Below are positions 40,192-49,457 of a DNA stretch of 64,000 nucleotides, one piece after another. Each line of letters begins with the position of its first letter. The first letter of the stretch is position 1. This stretch comes from Candidatus Sumerlaeaceae bacterium (GTDB lineage: Bacteria > Sumerlaeota > Sumerlaeia > Sumerlaeales > Sumerlaeaceae): the NCBI GenBank assembly GCA_051003195.1, contig JBPCLP010000047.1, positions 160,401 through 224,400 of the forward strand. Reading direction: 5' to 3'. Both the position numbers and the translations under genes were made by a program. Under the pieces are notes generated by a model, which worked only from the letters and a program-made list of their open reading frames with translations, was not told where the DNA came from and made no database searches.

Positions 40192-43100
40192 TTAGTAAAG
40201 CGCCCAATTTCCTACATTGCTGACAGCGCCATAAGGGATTACGACGGTGAATTCAGGTGACACTATAAAGTCGTTCGTCTGCACGTCCACGCGGTACCAG
40301 TGAGGTATTGCTTTGTTAAGTGTATTATCGATAAAAGGCGAGGATGTCAGAGGGAGATTCTCATTCACCAATGACCAGGGACCGGTGCCCGATTGGGAGC
40401 TTCTCATGATGCGATACGTGAGCAAGTTTGAAGGTTTATCCTGCTCGTCAAAATGGAGTTCTGCTACGCCGCTTACGATAATGACCTGGCCATTGTTTGC
40501 CGCACCTTGCCCAAATAATATCGCAAACTTATTTCTGGTATCGTCAGGGACGACAAATCCGTTTACATCTCTTGCCTGACTTATGCGAAGCGTGTTCGTG
40601 CCATCGTCGCTGGCGCTTTGCGGGGCGTGCCGTCCCTGCCATGTCCGTGCGTTCACCCAACCGGGCACTGCTTCCAGAACGTTCTGTGTGTATGGCGCTG
40701 TACGCGCGAATGTCACTGCCGGCGAGATGGATTGATTCATATCGCGGCTGAATGTCAGAGTGAAAGTCGTCGGATGCCAGTCGACCACCTTGCCGCCATC
40801 AGGCGGTGAAGCGTTCAATAGACAAGTGGGTGCAGAAGTACTCAGAGCGCTGGTTATCAGGTTTGGTGCATGCGGGGAGTAATTCAGGTAGAAACCGGAT
40901 GTTCCATCCCGCCCATCCTGGATATACGGATCAATGTCATACGGCGAAGGATTCGTATTCATCAGCAATGTCGCCGAAGTGCCCCAGAAGTTACCGCTGA
41001 ATGTTTTGCCCCCCCCTCCGAGCGGCAACTGGTTATCATGAGCATCTGCGGCAAGGTTACCGAACAGGTTTGACCCCGTTATGCCACTTGAGCCGAGGCT
41101 TGTCACACCGTATGTGGTGTTTGATGTAACCGAGCAGTTTGTCAGTGTGGCGGCATTCGAGCCGCTCACGCCAGCGGCTCCGTTGCCGATCACGATACAT
41201 CCGGCAACCGTGCCATTTGTCTGGATGCCATTACCCGTATTTCCAACTATGCTGCTGTCGGAAACATTGCCGTTATTAATGCCAAAACCGAAGTTTCCGC
41301 CGACGTAGTTTCGTGTTCCATTTGTCACGCCGTTAAGACCCGAGCCATTTGCGCTGACGGCGCTATCCTGCAGCGTGGTCACTCCGCTTGCTGCGCTGCC
41401 TGTGTTGCCGGAAATTGTGGAACCGACTACACTCGAACTGCCGCTGCCGGCTACCCCTGTGCCAGTGTTGCCTTTGACACTACAGCCGTTTACTGTCGAA
41501 CCCGCCGTCGCAGCAATACCACCGCTCCCGTTTTGGTTGCTCGTACAGTTAAGCGCCGTACCACCGCTATTTATTGAAATTCCAACCCCACCGTTGGACT
41601 GGGAGGTGCTTGCACTCACATTCCCTGCGGTGCACAAAATGCCTGCGCCGCCATTGGAGGTCGCGCTGCTGCTGGTCACGGAACCGGCGCTTACTATACC
41701 GCGAGCTGCATTGCCTGCAGCGGTACCATTCGTTACGCCGCTAGCGAGCAGGCCGTCACCATTGCAGGTATTTACAGCACAATCGACAGCGCTGCCGTTG
41801 GTTTGTAATCCATGGCCCCTGCTCCACGTCGCTGAGCAATTGAGCGCATTGCGCGCACCAAGTGTCAGGGCTGACCCGCGCGAATGCAGAACATCGCAAC
41901 TGTCAACGGCAGCAGTGCCGGCATCGCTCTGAATTCCATACCTCGGCGAGGCTTCTGAGGTACAGTTCTTAATGGTCGTCGCGGAGTGTTGGTTAGTGAG
42001 CGCACCGCGCTGAAACTTGCAATGTTCAAGGTTCGCACCCGACGAACTGCCGCTGATATGAATCCCGCCCCAACCCAGCGAGCCCGCAAATTTTGCTACG
42101 AAGATGTCGCCTGTCTGGTCCCCATCACTGCTTGCCTGTGCCACCAATGCGATACTCCGAGGTTCAGCAGTACCGAAATACGCCGTGTTATCAATCCAAC
42201 CGCACGAAACAACGTCACCGTTGGGAAGCGCGGCAAGCCCGGAACAGGTGTCTCCGAAAAGTCCGTTTGCGGTATTAACGTTATCAGTGCCACCCTGTGG
42301 CTTCGCCCACGCTAGCGTGCCGTCGCTTCGGTACTTCGCAATATAAGCGCAATCGGCGTTGCTGCTAAGCGTCGTTGGGTTGTCATTAAGTCCAAAACCT
42401 GCGTCACCACGGAAGCGTCCACCAATGTAGCATGAGCCGTCGCTGTTCGTGGCAACTGCGAAACCGATGTCGAGCAAGGGCGCTATAATGGAAGCTCCCG
42501 CACGCTTCGCCCACGCTAGAGTCCCGTCGGCGTTGTAGCGCGCAACGAATATGTCTTCTCGCCCGCCAGAAACGAGAGTCGTCTGATAAAACTCTGCCGC
42601 GCCAAAGATAGCAGTATTATTAAAATAACCTGTTACCATCGCGGAACCATCCGCAAATCCGCTCACCGCATAAGCCTGGTCAGAAGAAGGTGAGCCGGCC
42701 GTTTTTACCCATGCAAGGGTTCCATTAGCGTTGAAATGAGACACAAATATTTCACCTACGCCACCGCTGGCGTTGCTCACATTCGTTTGCCCGGCGGCAC
42801 CCGGACCTGGGGACTCTCCGAGCCCAAAAACTGCATTGCCACCAATTGCTCCGACGACAGTACAGCTCTGGTCGGGAAAAGCGCATACTGCCCTGCTGCT
42901 ATCTTGAACCGCACCCGAAGTCCCAAACTGTTTTGCCCAAAGTAGGGTTCCAGCCGAATTGTATTTTGCCAGAAAACCGTCAAGCGACCCAGTGGATGTC
43001 AGCACCGTTCCCGGCGCGGCACCAAGTGTAATGCTGCTGGTAAAATCCCCGGTTACAATAAAACCATTGTCTGCAGTGGGGGCTACTCCAGAAGCATAAT

Positions 43101-45486
43101 TGTTGCTTGTAGAGGAATTTGCAATACGCCTGGCCCAAATCAGTTGTCCGGAAGTTCCGTTGAACTTGGCGATAAAAGGTTCCGTGTAATCAAACGAAAC
43201 GGCCCCTGTGACTGAAATGGAAGTTTCGTTGGGTTCTCCGGACCCGAATACAGTGGTGCCAGTTATGCGGCCAACTACTACCACATTGCCTGAGCTGTCA
43301 GCACTGATTCCGGAGCCTGCCGGCTTGTACGAGAACAGGCTCGAATGGAAGCTTTTGGCCCAAAGGACAAAACCATCCCGGCTATACCTTGCGACAAAGG
43401 GCTCCGAGTAGTTCGGGGAGGTGATTGTAATAACCGAGCCGTCAGCGGCTTTAAAACTGGCCGAAGAACGGATAAACCCAGTGATGGCGTAGCCACCGTC
43501 CGGGAGGGATGTAATTGCTGTGGCATGGCTGGGCTTCAGCCCTCCTGCCCTGGTTGCTGTCACTAGATCGTCATCGGTCGTTGTAAGGTCGTACCTGGGT
43601 GACGCGCCCGTGAATGTGATGGGCTGTGAGACCGTTCCCTGTGCGGTCAGCGTACCGCTAAGCAGATCCAGACTCGCCTGGGGCTCCACCAATACTGTCG
43701 TGCCCGGCTGAATGCTTAAACCGGACTGTACGTTGATCCCACCCTGGAGCACGTAGGTTTTGTTGTTTGTCCAGTTTAAGGGGGAAAAATAGGAGCCGCC
43801 GGCAATATACTCTTTCAGCTCTCCGGTGAGCACAATCGACAGGGCTTGTGAGTAGCTTCCGCCGTTGGCCGATATCGACAAGGTAAAATAGCGGGGTGCG
43901 GCTGTCGCAAGGCCGGAGAGTGAAATCTGCAGTGGCAGGACATTCAAGCCGCTGTTACCATGAGTTAACGCGTTCCAGCTGGATGTCGTCACCAGCACGC
44001 TTGCCAGTGTTTCGGTTGTTGAAAGCGTTGCGCTGAAGGTCCCCGTGTCCGCGCGGCCGTTATATAGCATTATTGCCAGGTTTGCTGTTTCGCCGGCATC
44101 CAGTCTGCCGTCGGCGTTATTACTTCCCAGCAGTGTCGTATTATCGTCGACGATAATCGAAGCGACGGAAAACATCGGGTTCATGGCCGTGGTAATCGCA
44201 GCAGCGGCATTTACTTTTCCGAAGCCGGCGCCGTCAGACGGCGAAAATTCGGCAATGGAGGAAGCTGTGCGTTTCAGATGATCGGCAATAGCAGGTCCGC
44301 CCTGAAGCGGGTTACTCGCCTTCACCAAGGCGCCTACACCGCTGACTATTGGACAAGCATAGCTCGTACCGCTGCCATAGTTCCCATTGTATAGGCCGCC
44401 CGGGATGGTTGAGTATATTGTATTGCCTGGAGCAAAGAGGTCAACCAGGTCACGTTGTGTGCCATTGTAATTAGAGTAAGCAGCTCGCTTGCCTGCATCG
44501 TCGAGTGCACCAACTCCAACCACACTAGGCCAGCTTGCAGGGTAGACTGGTGCGCTCCCCTGTCCTTCGTTGCCTGCGGCAGCCACTACCAACACCCCGG
44601 CTGCACTCGCACCGTCGCAGGCCTCTTTAAGCGTAGTGTTAGAACTGCTGAATCGGATGCTCATATTGATAACATGCGCATTCTTTATTACTGCACGATC
44701 TACTGCACGTGCAGCATCGTCCGCGCTTATGAATCCCCCGGAATTTGCAACGTCGAGCGAGAGGATACTGGAACCGAAAGCGACACCTGCGATACCTTCG
44801 TTATTATACGCCTCAGCTGCGATAATGCCCGCCACTCGAGTACCGTGACCGAGATCGTCGGCTATTGTAGTATTATCGTCTGCGAAATTGTAGGAATTCG
44901 CCAGATCTAGAACATCCATCAGATCGGGATGATTCCGATCGACGCCAGAGTCGATGACCGCGACCTTTACATTTGACCCGCCCGCTGTTGCCTGGCCTGC
45001 CCAGCCCGCTTCAAGGTTAACCTGCGCAAAATCCGTCGCCTGCTGAGGCAGGTAATCCGGATCGGTGGGAGGCAAAACAGCTAGGGTGCCGAGGTGGTTT
45101 GGTTCTGCATATTCGAGCGCGACAACCTCGCGCAGTTCGATTGCGATTTGTTGGATATCGGCGCTCGCCGGAAACTTGAGACGATGAATACGTCCACTGC
45201 GATCGTTGAGGGCGGCACTTTTACTACGTAAATGACCACGTGGCTTTGCCCCTTGGAAACCATGTTTCTGGAGTATTTCCGTCAGGCTGGTGCTTGCATC
45301 GCTGTATGAGCTAAATCCATTGCGGTTCCGAGCGTCGCGTTCGGCTATGCTGGGAACCTTTCCCGCATACTTTACCAGCAGTTCCCCGGCCACGTAGTCT
45401 TTCTCAGGCTTTGCCGTGGCTTGCACCGACAGTGTGCAGATAACGCTGGTCAGCACTAGGACCAGCCATTTTCCCATTCCTTGCAT
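40192..45486 (-). CDS. Secreted S8 (subtilisin-like) protease with beta-propeller, beta-helix and Ig/FN3-like domains
   Basis: VIDSG, GHGT and GTSYACP triad. 'DIFVARY...GTLAWAK' repeats and GN/NG-rich beta-helix repeats. GGAGGAG RBS before 45486. Confidence 0.9.
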   Translation of the reverse strand: MQGMGKWLVLVLTSVICTLSVQATAKPEKDYVAGELLVKYAGKVPSIAERDARNRNGFSSYSDASTSLTEILQKHGFQGAKPRGHLRSKSAALNDRSGRIHRLKFPASADIQQIAIELREVVALEYAEPNHLGTLAVLPPTDPDYLPQQATDFAQVNLEAGWAGQATAGGSNVKVAVIDSGVDRNHPDLMDVLDLANSYNFADDNTTIADDLGHGTRVAGIIAAEAYNNEGIAGVAFGSSILSLDVANSGGFISADDAARAVDRAVIKNAHVINMSIRFSSSNTTLKEACDGASAAGVLVVAAAGNEGQGSAPVYPASWPSVVGVGALDDAGKRAAYSNYNGTQRDLVDLFAPGNTIYSTIPGGLYNGNYGSGTSYACPIVSGVGALVKASNPLQGGPAIADHLKRTASSIAEFSPSDGAGFGKVNAAAAITTAMNPMFSVASIIVDDNTTLLGSNNADGRLDAGETANLAIMLYNGRADTGTFSATLSTTETLASVLVTTSSWNALTHGNSGLNVLPLQISLSGLATAAPRYFTLSISANGGSYSQALSIVLTGELKEYIAGGSYFSPLNWTNNKTYVLQGGINVQSGLSIQPGTTVLVEPQASLDLLSGTLTAQGTVSQPITFTGASPRYDLTTTDDDLVTATRAGGLKPSHATAITSLPDGGYAITGFIRSSASFKAADGSVITITSPNYSEPFVARYSRDGFVLWAKSFHSSLFSYKPAGSGISADSSGNVVVVGRITGTTVFGSGEPNETSISVTGAVSFDYTEPFIAKFNGTSGQLIWARRIANSSTSNNYASGVAPTADNGFIVTGDFTSSITLGAAPGTVLTSTGSLDGFLAKYNSAGTLLWAKQFGTSGAVQDSSRAVCAFPDQSCTVVGAIGGNAVFGLGESPGPGAAGQTNVSNASGGVGEIFVSHFNANGTLAWVKTAGSPSSDQAYAVSGFADGSAMVTGYFNNTAIFGAAEFYQTTLVSGGREDIFVARYNADGTLAWAKRAGASIIAPLLDIGFAVATNSDGSCYIGGRFRGDAGFGLNDNPTTLSSNADCAYIAKYRSDGTLAWAKPQGGTDNVNTANGLFGDTCSGLAALPNGDVVSCGWIDNTAYFGTAEPRSIALVAQASSDGDQTGDIFVAKFAGSLGWGGIHISGSSSGANLEHCKFQRGALTNQHSATTIKNCTSEASPRYGIQSDAGTAAVDSCDVLHSRGSALTLGARNALNCSATWSRGHGLQTNGSAVDCAVNTCNGDGLLASGVTNGTAAGNAARGIVSAGSVTSSSATSNGGAGILCTAGNVSASTSQSNGGVGISINSGGTALNCTSNQNGSGGIAATAGSTVNGCSVKGNTGTGVAGSGSSSVVGSTISGNTGSAASGVTTLQDSAVSANGSGLNGVTNGTRNYVGGNFGFGINNGNVSDSSIVGNTGNGIQTNGTVAGCIVIGNGAAGVSGSNAATLTNCSVTSNTTYGVTSLGSSGITGSNLFGNLAADAHDNQLPLGGGGKTFSGNFWGTSATLLMNTNPSPYDIDPYIQDGRDGTSGFYLNYSPHAPNLITSALSTSAPTCLLNASPPDGGKVVDWHPTTFTLTFSRDMNQSISPAVTFARTAPYTQNVLEAVPGWVNARTWQGRHAPQSASDDGTNTLRISQARDVNGFVVPDDTRNKFAILFGQGAANNGQVIIVSGVAELHFDEQDKPSNLLTYRIMRSSQSGTGPWSLVNENLPLTSSPFIDNTLNKAIPHWYRVDVQTNDFIVSPEFTVVIPYGAVSNVGNWALY

Positions 45487-45740
45487 GATGCTCCTCCCGT
45501 CCAGCGGCAACTCCATCAATGCTACATTTGTCTCTCAGACGCGACCGCAAATCAAAAACGGCTCTCACCTTACACAGGGGGCTGTCAATAAATACCTGCG
45601 CTCCGACTACCAAAAATACTGTGGAAATTTAACGAAAAAAAGCGGTGGCTGCACTAGAAATCTGATTGACTCTCTTCCTGTGCACTGGCGAACCCGCCGC
45701 GCACTATTCAGTCGTTTATTTTCCACCGTGAGGTTCATCA

Positions 45741-46304
45741 GTGAAGAGTTTTTGCCTCTCCCTAGTCCTCCTTTCTGCAACGATTCCGGTTCTAGGGCAA
45801 ACAGCTGCTGTTTTATGCACCGATCCGGACGCATGTGATCCCGTGTCCGGATTCACTTTTTCATGGACCAATAACGTTGCCCATAGTGGCCATACAGGAG
45901 GGATCATCAACACCAGTGATGCCAGTTCGCCACTGGCGGTTCATGCTTATAATACAGCAACGGGATACGGATGCATTTCCTGGGATAGTACTGGTCACGT
46001 CCTTAGAATCACCGATTGTGCCGGAACAGACACCGACATTATGGTCCATGAAAATGGAAGCGATAATGACTGCTGGTACTATGACATCGTCAATGGCCAC
46101 ATCAGGGGAAGGTATAGTTCGGACTGTCTGAATATTGATCGCTGTCCGGCACAGCCGTATGACTGCGAACCGTGTGCATCTGTCTGCAATCCTTGCGCTA
46201 ATCCATACTGGGAGTTCAGTAATGGGTCTGCGAGACAATACAGGCAATATTCTAAAAAACGCTCACCTGTTACTCGTGTTGCAAAAAAGCCAAAAAGCCG
46301 TTAG
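45741..46304 (+). CDS. Cys-rich secreted hypothetical protein
   Basis: Signal peptide, many Cys residues, basic tail. Confidence 0.55.
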   Translation: MKSFCLSLVLLSATIPVLGQTAAVLCTDPDACDPVSGFTFSWTNNVAHSGHTGGIINTSDASSPLAVHAYNTATGYGCISWDSTGHVLRITDCAGTDTDIMVHENGSDNDCWYYDIVNGHIRGRYSSDCLNIDRCPAQPYDCEPCASVCNPCANPYWEFSNGSARQYRQYSKKRSPVTRVAKKPKSR

Positions 46305-46328
46305 AATCCGTTGCTAACTGGAGGAACC

Positions 46329-46700
46329 ATGGGAAAAACTCTTTTTACATGTCTGATTGTACTATGCGGTGGGCTGGCAACTGCGGATGGACACGTTACC
46401 ATTGTTACTAAAGCGGCCATTGGTCAACGTCAGTATAATCGCACCATATATTATACCGGGCAGTCGTCACACGCCCTTGTGGACGTAGCGAAAATGGCAA
46501 GCGTACACCCACCGTTGTTACTCAGTTCCGCTAGCCACCGCTTGGTTACATTCAGTTGGGATCAATATGGTCACGTAAAAATCCGGCATAACAACAGTCC
46601 CAACACGGCTCCCTATCGGGTCCTGACTAAAAAAGATACCCCCGGATACGAATTCAGAACCTTCAGAGATTTGGGAAATGACTTTTTCTCAATAAACTAG
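46329..46700 (+). CDS. Small secreted hypothetical protein
   Basis: GGAGG RBS and a signal peptide ending ATA-D. Confidence 0.55.
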   Translation: MGKTLFTCLIVLCGGLATADGHVTIVTKAAIGQRQYNRTIYYTGQSSHALVDVAKMASVHPPLLLSSASHRLVTFSWDQYGHVKIRHNNSPNTAPYRVLTKKDTPGYEFRTFRDLGNDFFSIN

Positions 46701-46713
46701 CGCGTATACTACC

Positions 46714-47406
46714 TTAATGTGCGTCGCTTAGCGCGTGGCGTAGCTGCGTGCGCAGTATATTGCCAAAGCTAACCGTGCCATTGGTCGAATCATACGGAAT
46801 ATCGGCTCCCAGCAATGCACCAGGACGAGGATTAAAATCACTCAATGGAACTGCCGGAAAGGACTGACTGTATTTTCGATCCGGTCCATTACTGCACGTC
46901 CTCCAGTCGCCATAGCGGCGTTGCGCGCCCAAGTTATAGGTATCATTGTCCACGCCTTCAGGCGGCAGGCGTGTGTAATCAGGTCCGTAATTCGCATATT
47001 CCTGTGCATCCACCACCTTCGTATAGGTGTAGTATTTGGCTTCGTCGGGTGGAACCCCGAAACGGATAATGATTTCCTTTGCCGTAAACGGATCAGGCAA
47101 TCGCGAGCTGCTGATGTATGCAATTGGCGTTGAAAGCTGCACTGGAGTGACGTTGTAAACGAGGTCATTCGGCGGGTAGTGGTTGTGATCGACAACATAT
47201 GACTCCAGCCCCGTCGCTATCGTTCGCAGATCCGCCTTCGCCCGAGACACCTTCGCCCGCGTCTGCGCCTCCAGGAAGTTCGGAACCGCGATCGCCGCCA
47301 GGATCGCGATAATCGCGACCACGATCAGCAGCTCGATCAGCGTGAAAGCGGCGAGGTTGCGGCCCGTGCCGGGTCGCCAGGCAGGTAGGGGAGTGGCGTG
47401 ACGCAT
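46714..47406 (-). CDS. Prepilin-type N-methylation domain protein (GspG-like pseudopilin)
   Basis: AFTLIELLIVVAIIAILAAIAVPNFLEAQTRAKVSR; C-terminal SNGPD and YDSTNGTVSFGNI. Confidence 0.9.
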   Translation of the reverse strand: MRHATPLPAWRPGTGRNLAAFTLIELLIVVAIIAILAAIAVPNFLEAQTRAKVSRAKADLRTIATGLESYVVDHNHYPPNDLVYNVTPVQLSTPIAYISSSRLPDPFTAKEIIIRFGVPPDEAKYYTYTKVVDAQEYANYGPDYTRLPPEGVDNDTYNLGAQRRYGDWRTCSNGPDRKYSQSFPAVPLSDFNPRPGALLGADIPYDSTNGTVSFGNILRTQLRHALSDAH

Positions 47407-47546
47407 GGAGTGGGGTTCCTGATGGGGTTTGCGTCCTCATCCCACCCCAGCGCCAAACTTGCAACTTCAAACTTACCCCTACCCCCCAACCACTAACCAC
47501 ACTTAATAGTCCGAACGGGGCGATCCTCTGTGCGGTAGCGTCGGCC

Positions 47547-47577
47547 CAGGCTAAAGCCTGTGACCACTTGTTGCCAT
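47547..47577. other. Left att junction
   Basis: Host half CAGGCT, central AA, element half AGCCTGTGA-CCACTTGTTGCCAT. Confidence 0.8.
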
Positions 47578-49020
47578 CATTTCAGAGGACGGCAGTCCGA
47601 GGAGATCAATAAGGATTTCGTCCTTTCCGATTTCGATCTTATCCGTAATGGCTTCAATGATTTTCCGTTTGTCCTCATGCTCCAGCGTCGGCCAGCGGGT
47701 ATATAAGTCCGCCGCTTCGTAGGCGACCTGGTCACTGGAGAGCAGGTTGACTTTGAGGTAGTCTAACTCGCCCTCCAAACGGGGTATCTGCTCATCCAGT
47801 TCGCGGTAGCGGGTTTCCAGCGGGCCGTAACGTGCGGCAAAACCTTCCTCACTTATGTGGTGGCCGATGTAGAGTTTGTAGGTTCGATCCATCTCGGCAG
47901 ACAGCTTTTCTTGTTGGGCCTGGAGGGCGGCTAGCTGCTCCTGCTTGTCGGTGATGGCCTGCTCGGATTGCAGCAGGTATGCCTTTATGTCCGCAGATGA
48001 GAGAGCAAAGTTCTTAAGCTGTTCGTAAAAGATGCCTTCGAGATCTATGATTGGGATCTTGTTCCGGCATACCTGGCATACGTATTTTGGCGTATTCGAG
48101 GGCACGTACATTTTGCCCCCACAGGTGCAGACGGTCACCCCGGCAAAAAGGTGCACCGGTCGCCGCGCCGGTACCTTCTTGTTACCACCCTGTTCCAGCA
48201 GAATGTGCTGGACCCGGCTCCAAAGCTCTTCGGAAAGGATCGGTTCGACCTTGCTATAGATCCACTCGCTTTCCGGTTTAATGACCTTCTTGCCTTCGGT
48301 GAGCGTCGAGTAGTTCGCCCGGTAGAGCCCTTTGGGGGTTGTATCCCGTAACAGCCGGTCAATTCCGGTATGCTCAAACAGCTTGCCGGCGCGGGTCCGA
48401 TGCCCCGCGTCATTGAGTAGATCCGCGACGGTACTCTTGCGCTTGTGCTCAACAAACAGTTCGAAGATGAGCTTACGAATGGGCGCTTCTCTGGAGTTCG
48501 GCACCATCTTGTTGTCCACCCACTGATAGCCAAAGGGCGCTTCACTGCCAAGCCGCTTTCCGAGCTTGGCACGGATAGGGACCGATGCTCTGATACGGTC
48601 CGCGATTTCTTCGCGCTCCCAGGTCGCCATGGCAGCAATGACTGTATAAAAAAAGCGGCCAATTGGCGAGGACGTATCGATAGATTCCTGAAGCGACACC
48701 AAATGAGCACCGTGCGTCTCAAACAGTTCCGCAAATTCCAGAAGTTCCTTCGTATTTCGGGCCAGCCGGGCGAGTTTTGAGAACAAGAGTCCCTGGATGT
48801 GCCCACGTTTGACGTCGGCAAGCATCCGTTGGGTCTCTTTCTCAGCGATCACCGACTTGCCGCTGACGCCTTCCAGGTGGTAGACCTCGACCACCTGCCA
48901 TTCCTTGATTTCGGCATACTGGCGAGCGCGTCGCTCGTGGTGCTCGGGACTGTCACCCTTGGCCTGGTCTTCGGTTGAGACCCGAATCCAGATGCCGACA
49001 CGTTTGGTTGATTCTACCAT
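47551..49020 (-). CDS. Large serine recombinase (resolvase + recombinase + Zn-ribbon + coiled coil)
   Basis: WIRVSTEDQ (catalytic Ser), GVSGK, SKLARLARN, APFGY and C-x-CGGKM...YVCQVC. Confidence 0.95.
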   Translation of the reverse strand: MVESTKRVGIWIRVSTEDQAKGDSPEHHERRARQYAEIKEWQVVEVYHLEGVSGKSVIAEKETQRMLADVKRGHIQGLLFSKLARLARNTKELLEFAELFETHGAHLVSLQESIDTSSPIGRFFYTVIAAMATWEREEIADRIRASVPIRAKLGKRLGSEAPFGYQWVDNKMVPNSREAPIRKLIFELFVEHKRKSTVADLLNDAGHRTRAGKLFEHTGIDRLLRDTTPKGLYRANYSTLTEGKKVIKPESEWIYSKVEPILSEELWSRVQHILLEQGGNKKVPARRPVHLFAGVTVCTCGGKMYVPSNTPKYVCQVCRNKIPIIDLEGIFYEQLKNFALSSADIKAYLLQSEQAITDKQEQLAALQAQQEKLSAEMDRTYKLYIGHHISEEGFAARYGPLETRYRELDEQIPRLEGELDYLKVNLLSSDQVAYEAADLYTRWPTLEHEDKRKIIEAITDKIEIGKDEILIDLLGLPSSEMMATSGHRL

Positions 49021-49119
49021 CTTGTTACTGTCACTCCAAAACAGGCGATACGTCCTAAGGTTCTACGCAGATCACGTCCTGTCATTTACAAACCAAACGC
49101 ACTTTGTTAGAATTCGCCT

Positions 49120-49347
49120 ATGAACGATCTATCCAAGCAACTGCACGATTTCGAGCAACGCCAAACAGCGTTGATCGAGACGGTCGCACAACGTCTCGAC
49201 CTACTGGCCGATGATACGCGCGATCTTAAGCGTGATGTTCGATCCATTTTGCAGATGGAAGCCGGCAATACCCGTGACCTTGTGCTGTTGACCCACCGAG
49301 TCGAAGCGATCGAACGCGAAGTCGGTATTCGACCCGCTCAGGCATAA
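49120..49347 (+). CDS. Small coiled-coil protein, probably leaderless
   Basis: TTTACA-17 bp-TAGAAT lies 6 nt before the ATG. Heptad pattern in the protein. Confidence 0.6.
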   Translation: MNDLSKQLHDFEQRQTALIETVAQRLDLLADDTRDLKRDVRSILQMEAGNTRDLVLLTHRVEAIEREVGIRPAQA

Positions 49348-49457
49348 CGAGACACCCTCTAACGTGGGGCGGGCCCGCGCCCGGCAGTGCTCATTAAGCA
49401 ATAGCACGCTGGGAAAACGCCTCCCGCCCGTAAGGTCAACTGGCGAGTCGATCTCTT

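Noticed and set aside
47507..47520. TAGTCCGAACGGGG / TACTCCGAACGGGG as the element's target duplication
   Set aside because: Better explained as a neighbouring host repeat copy. The AA-centred site explains both the inverted arms and the palindrome.
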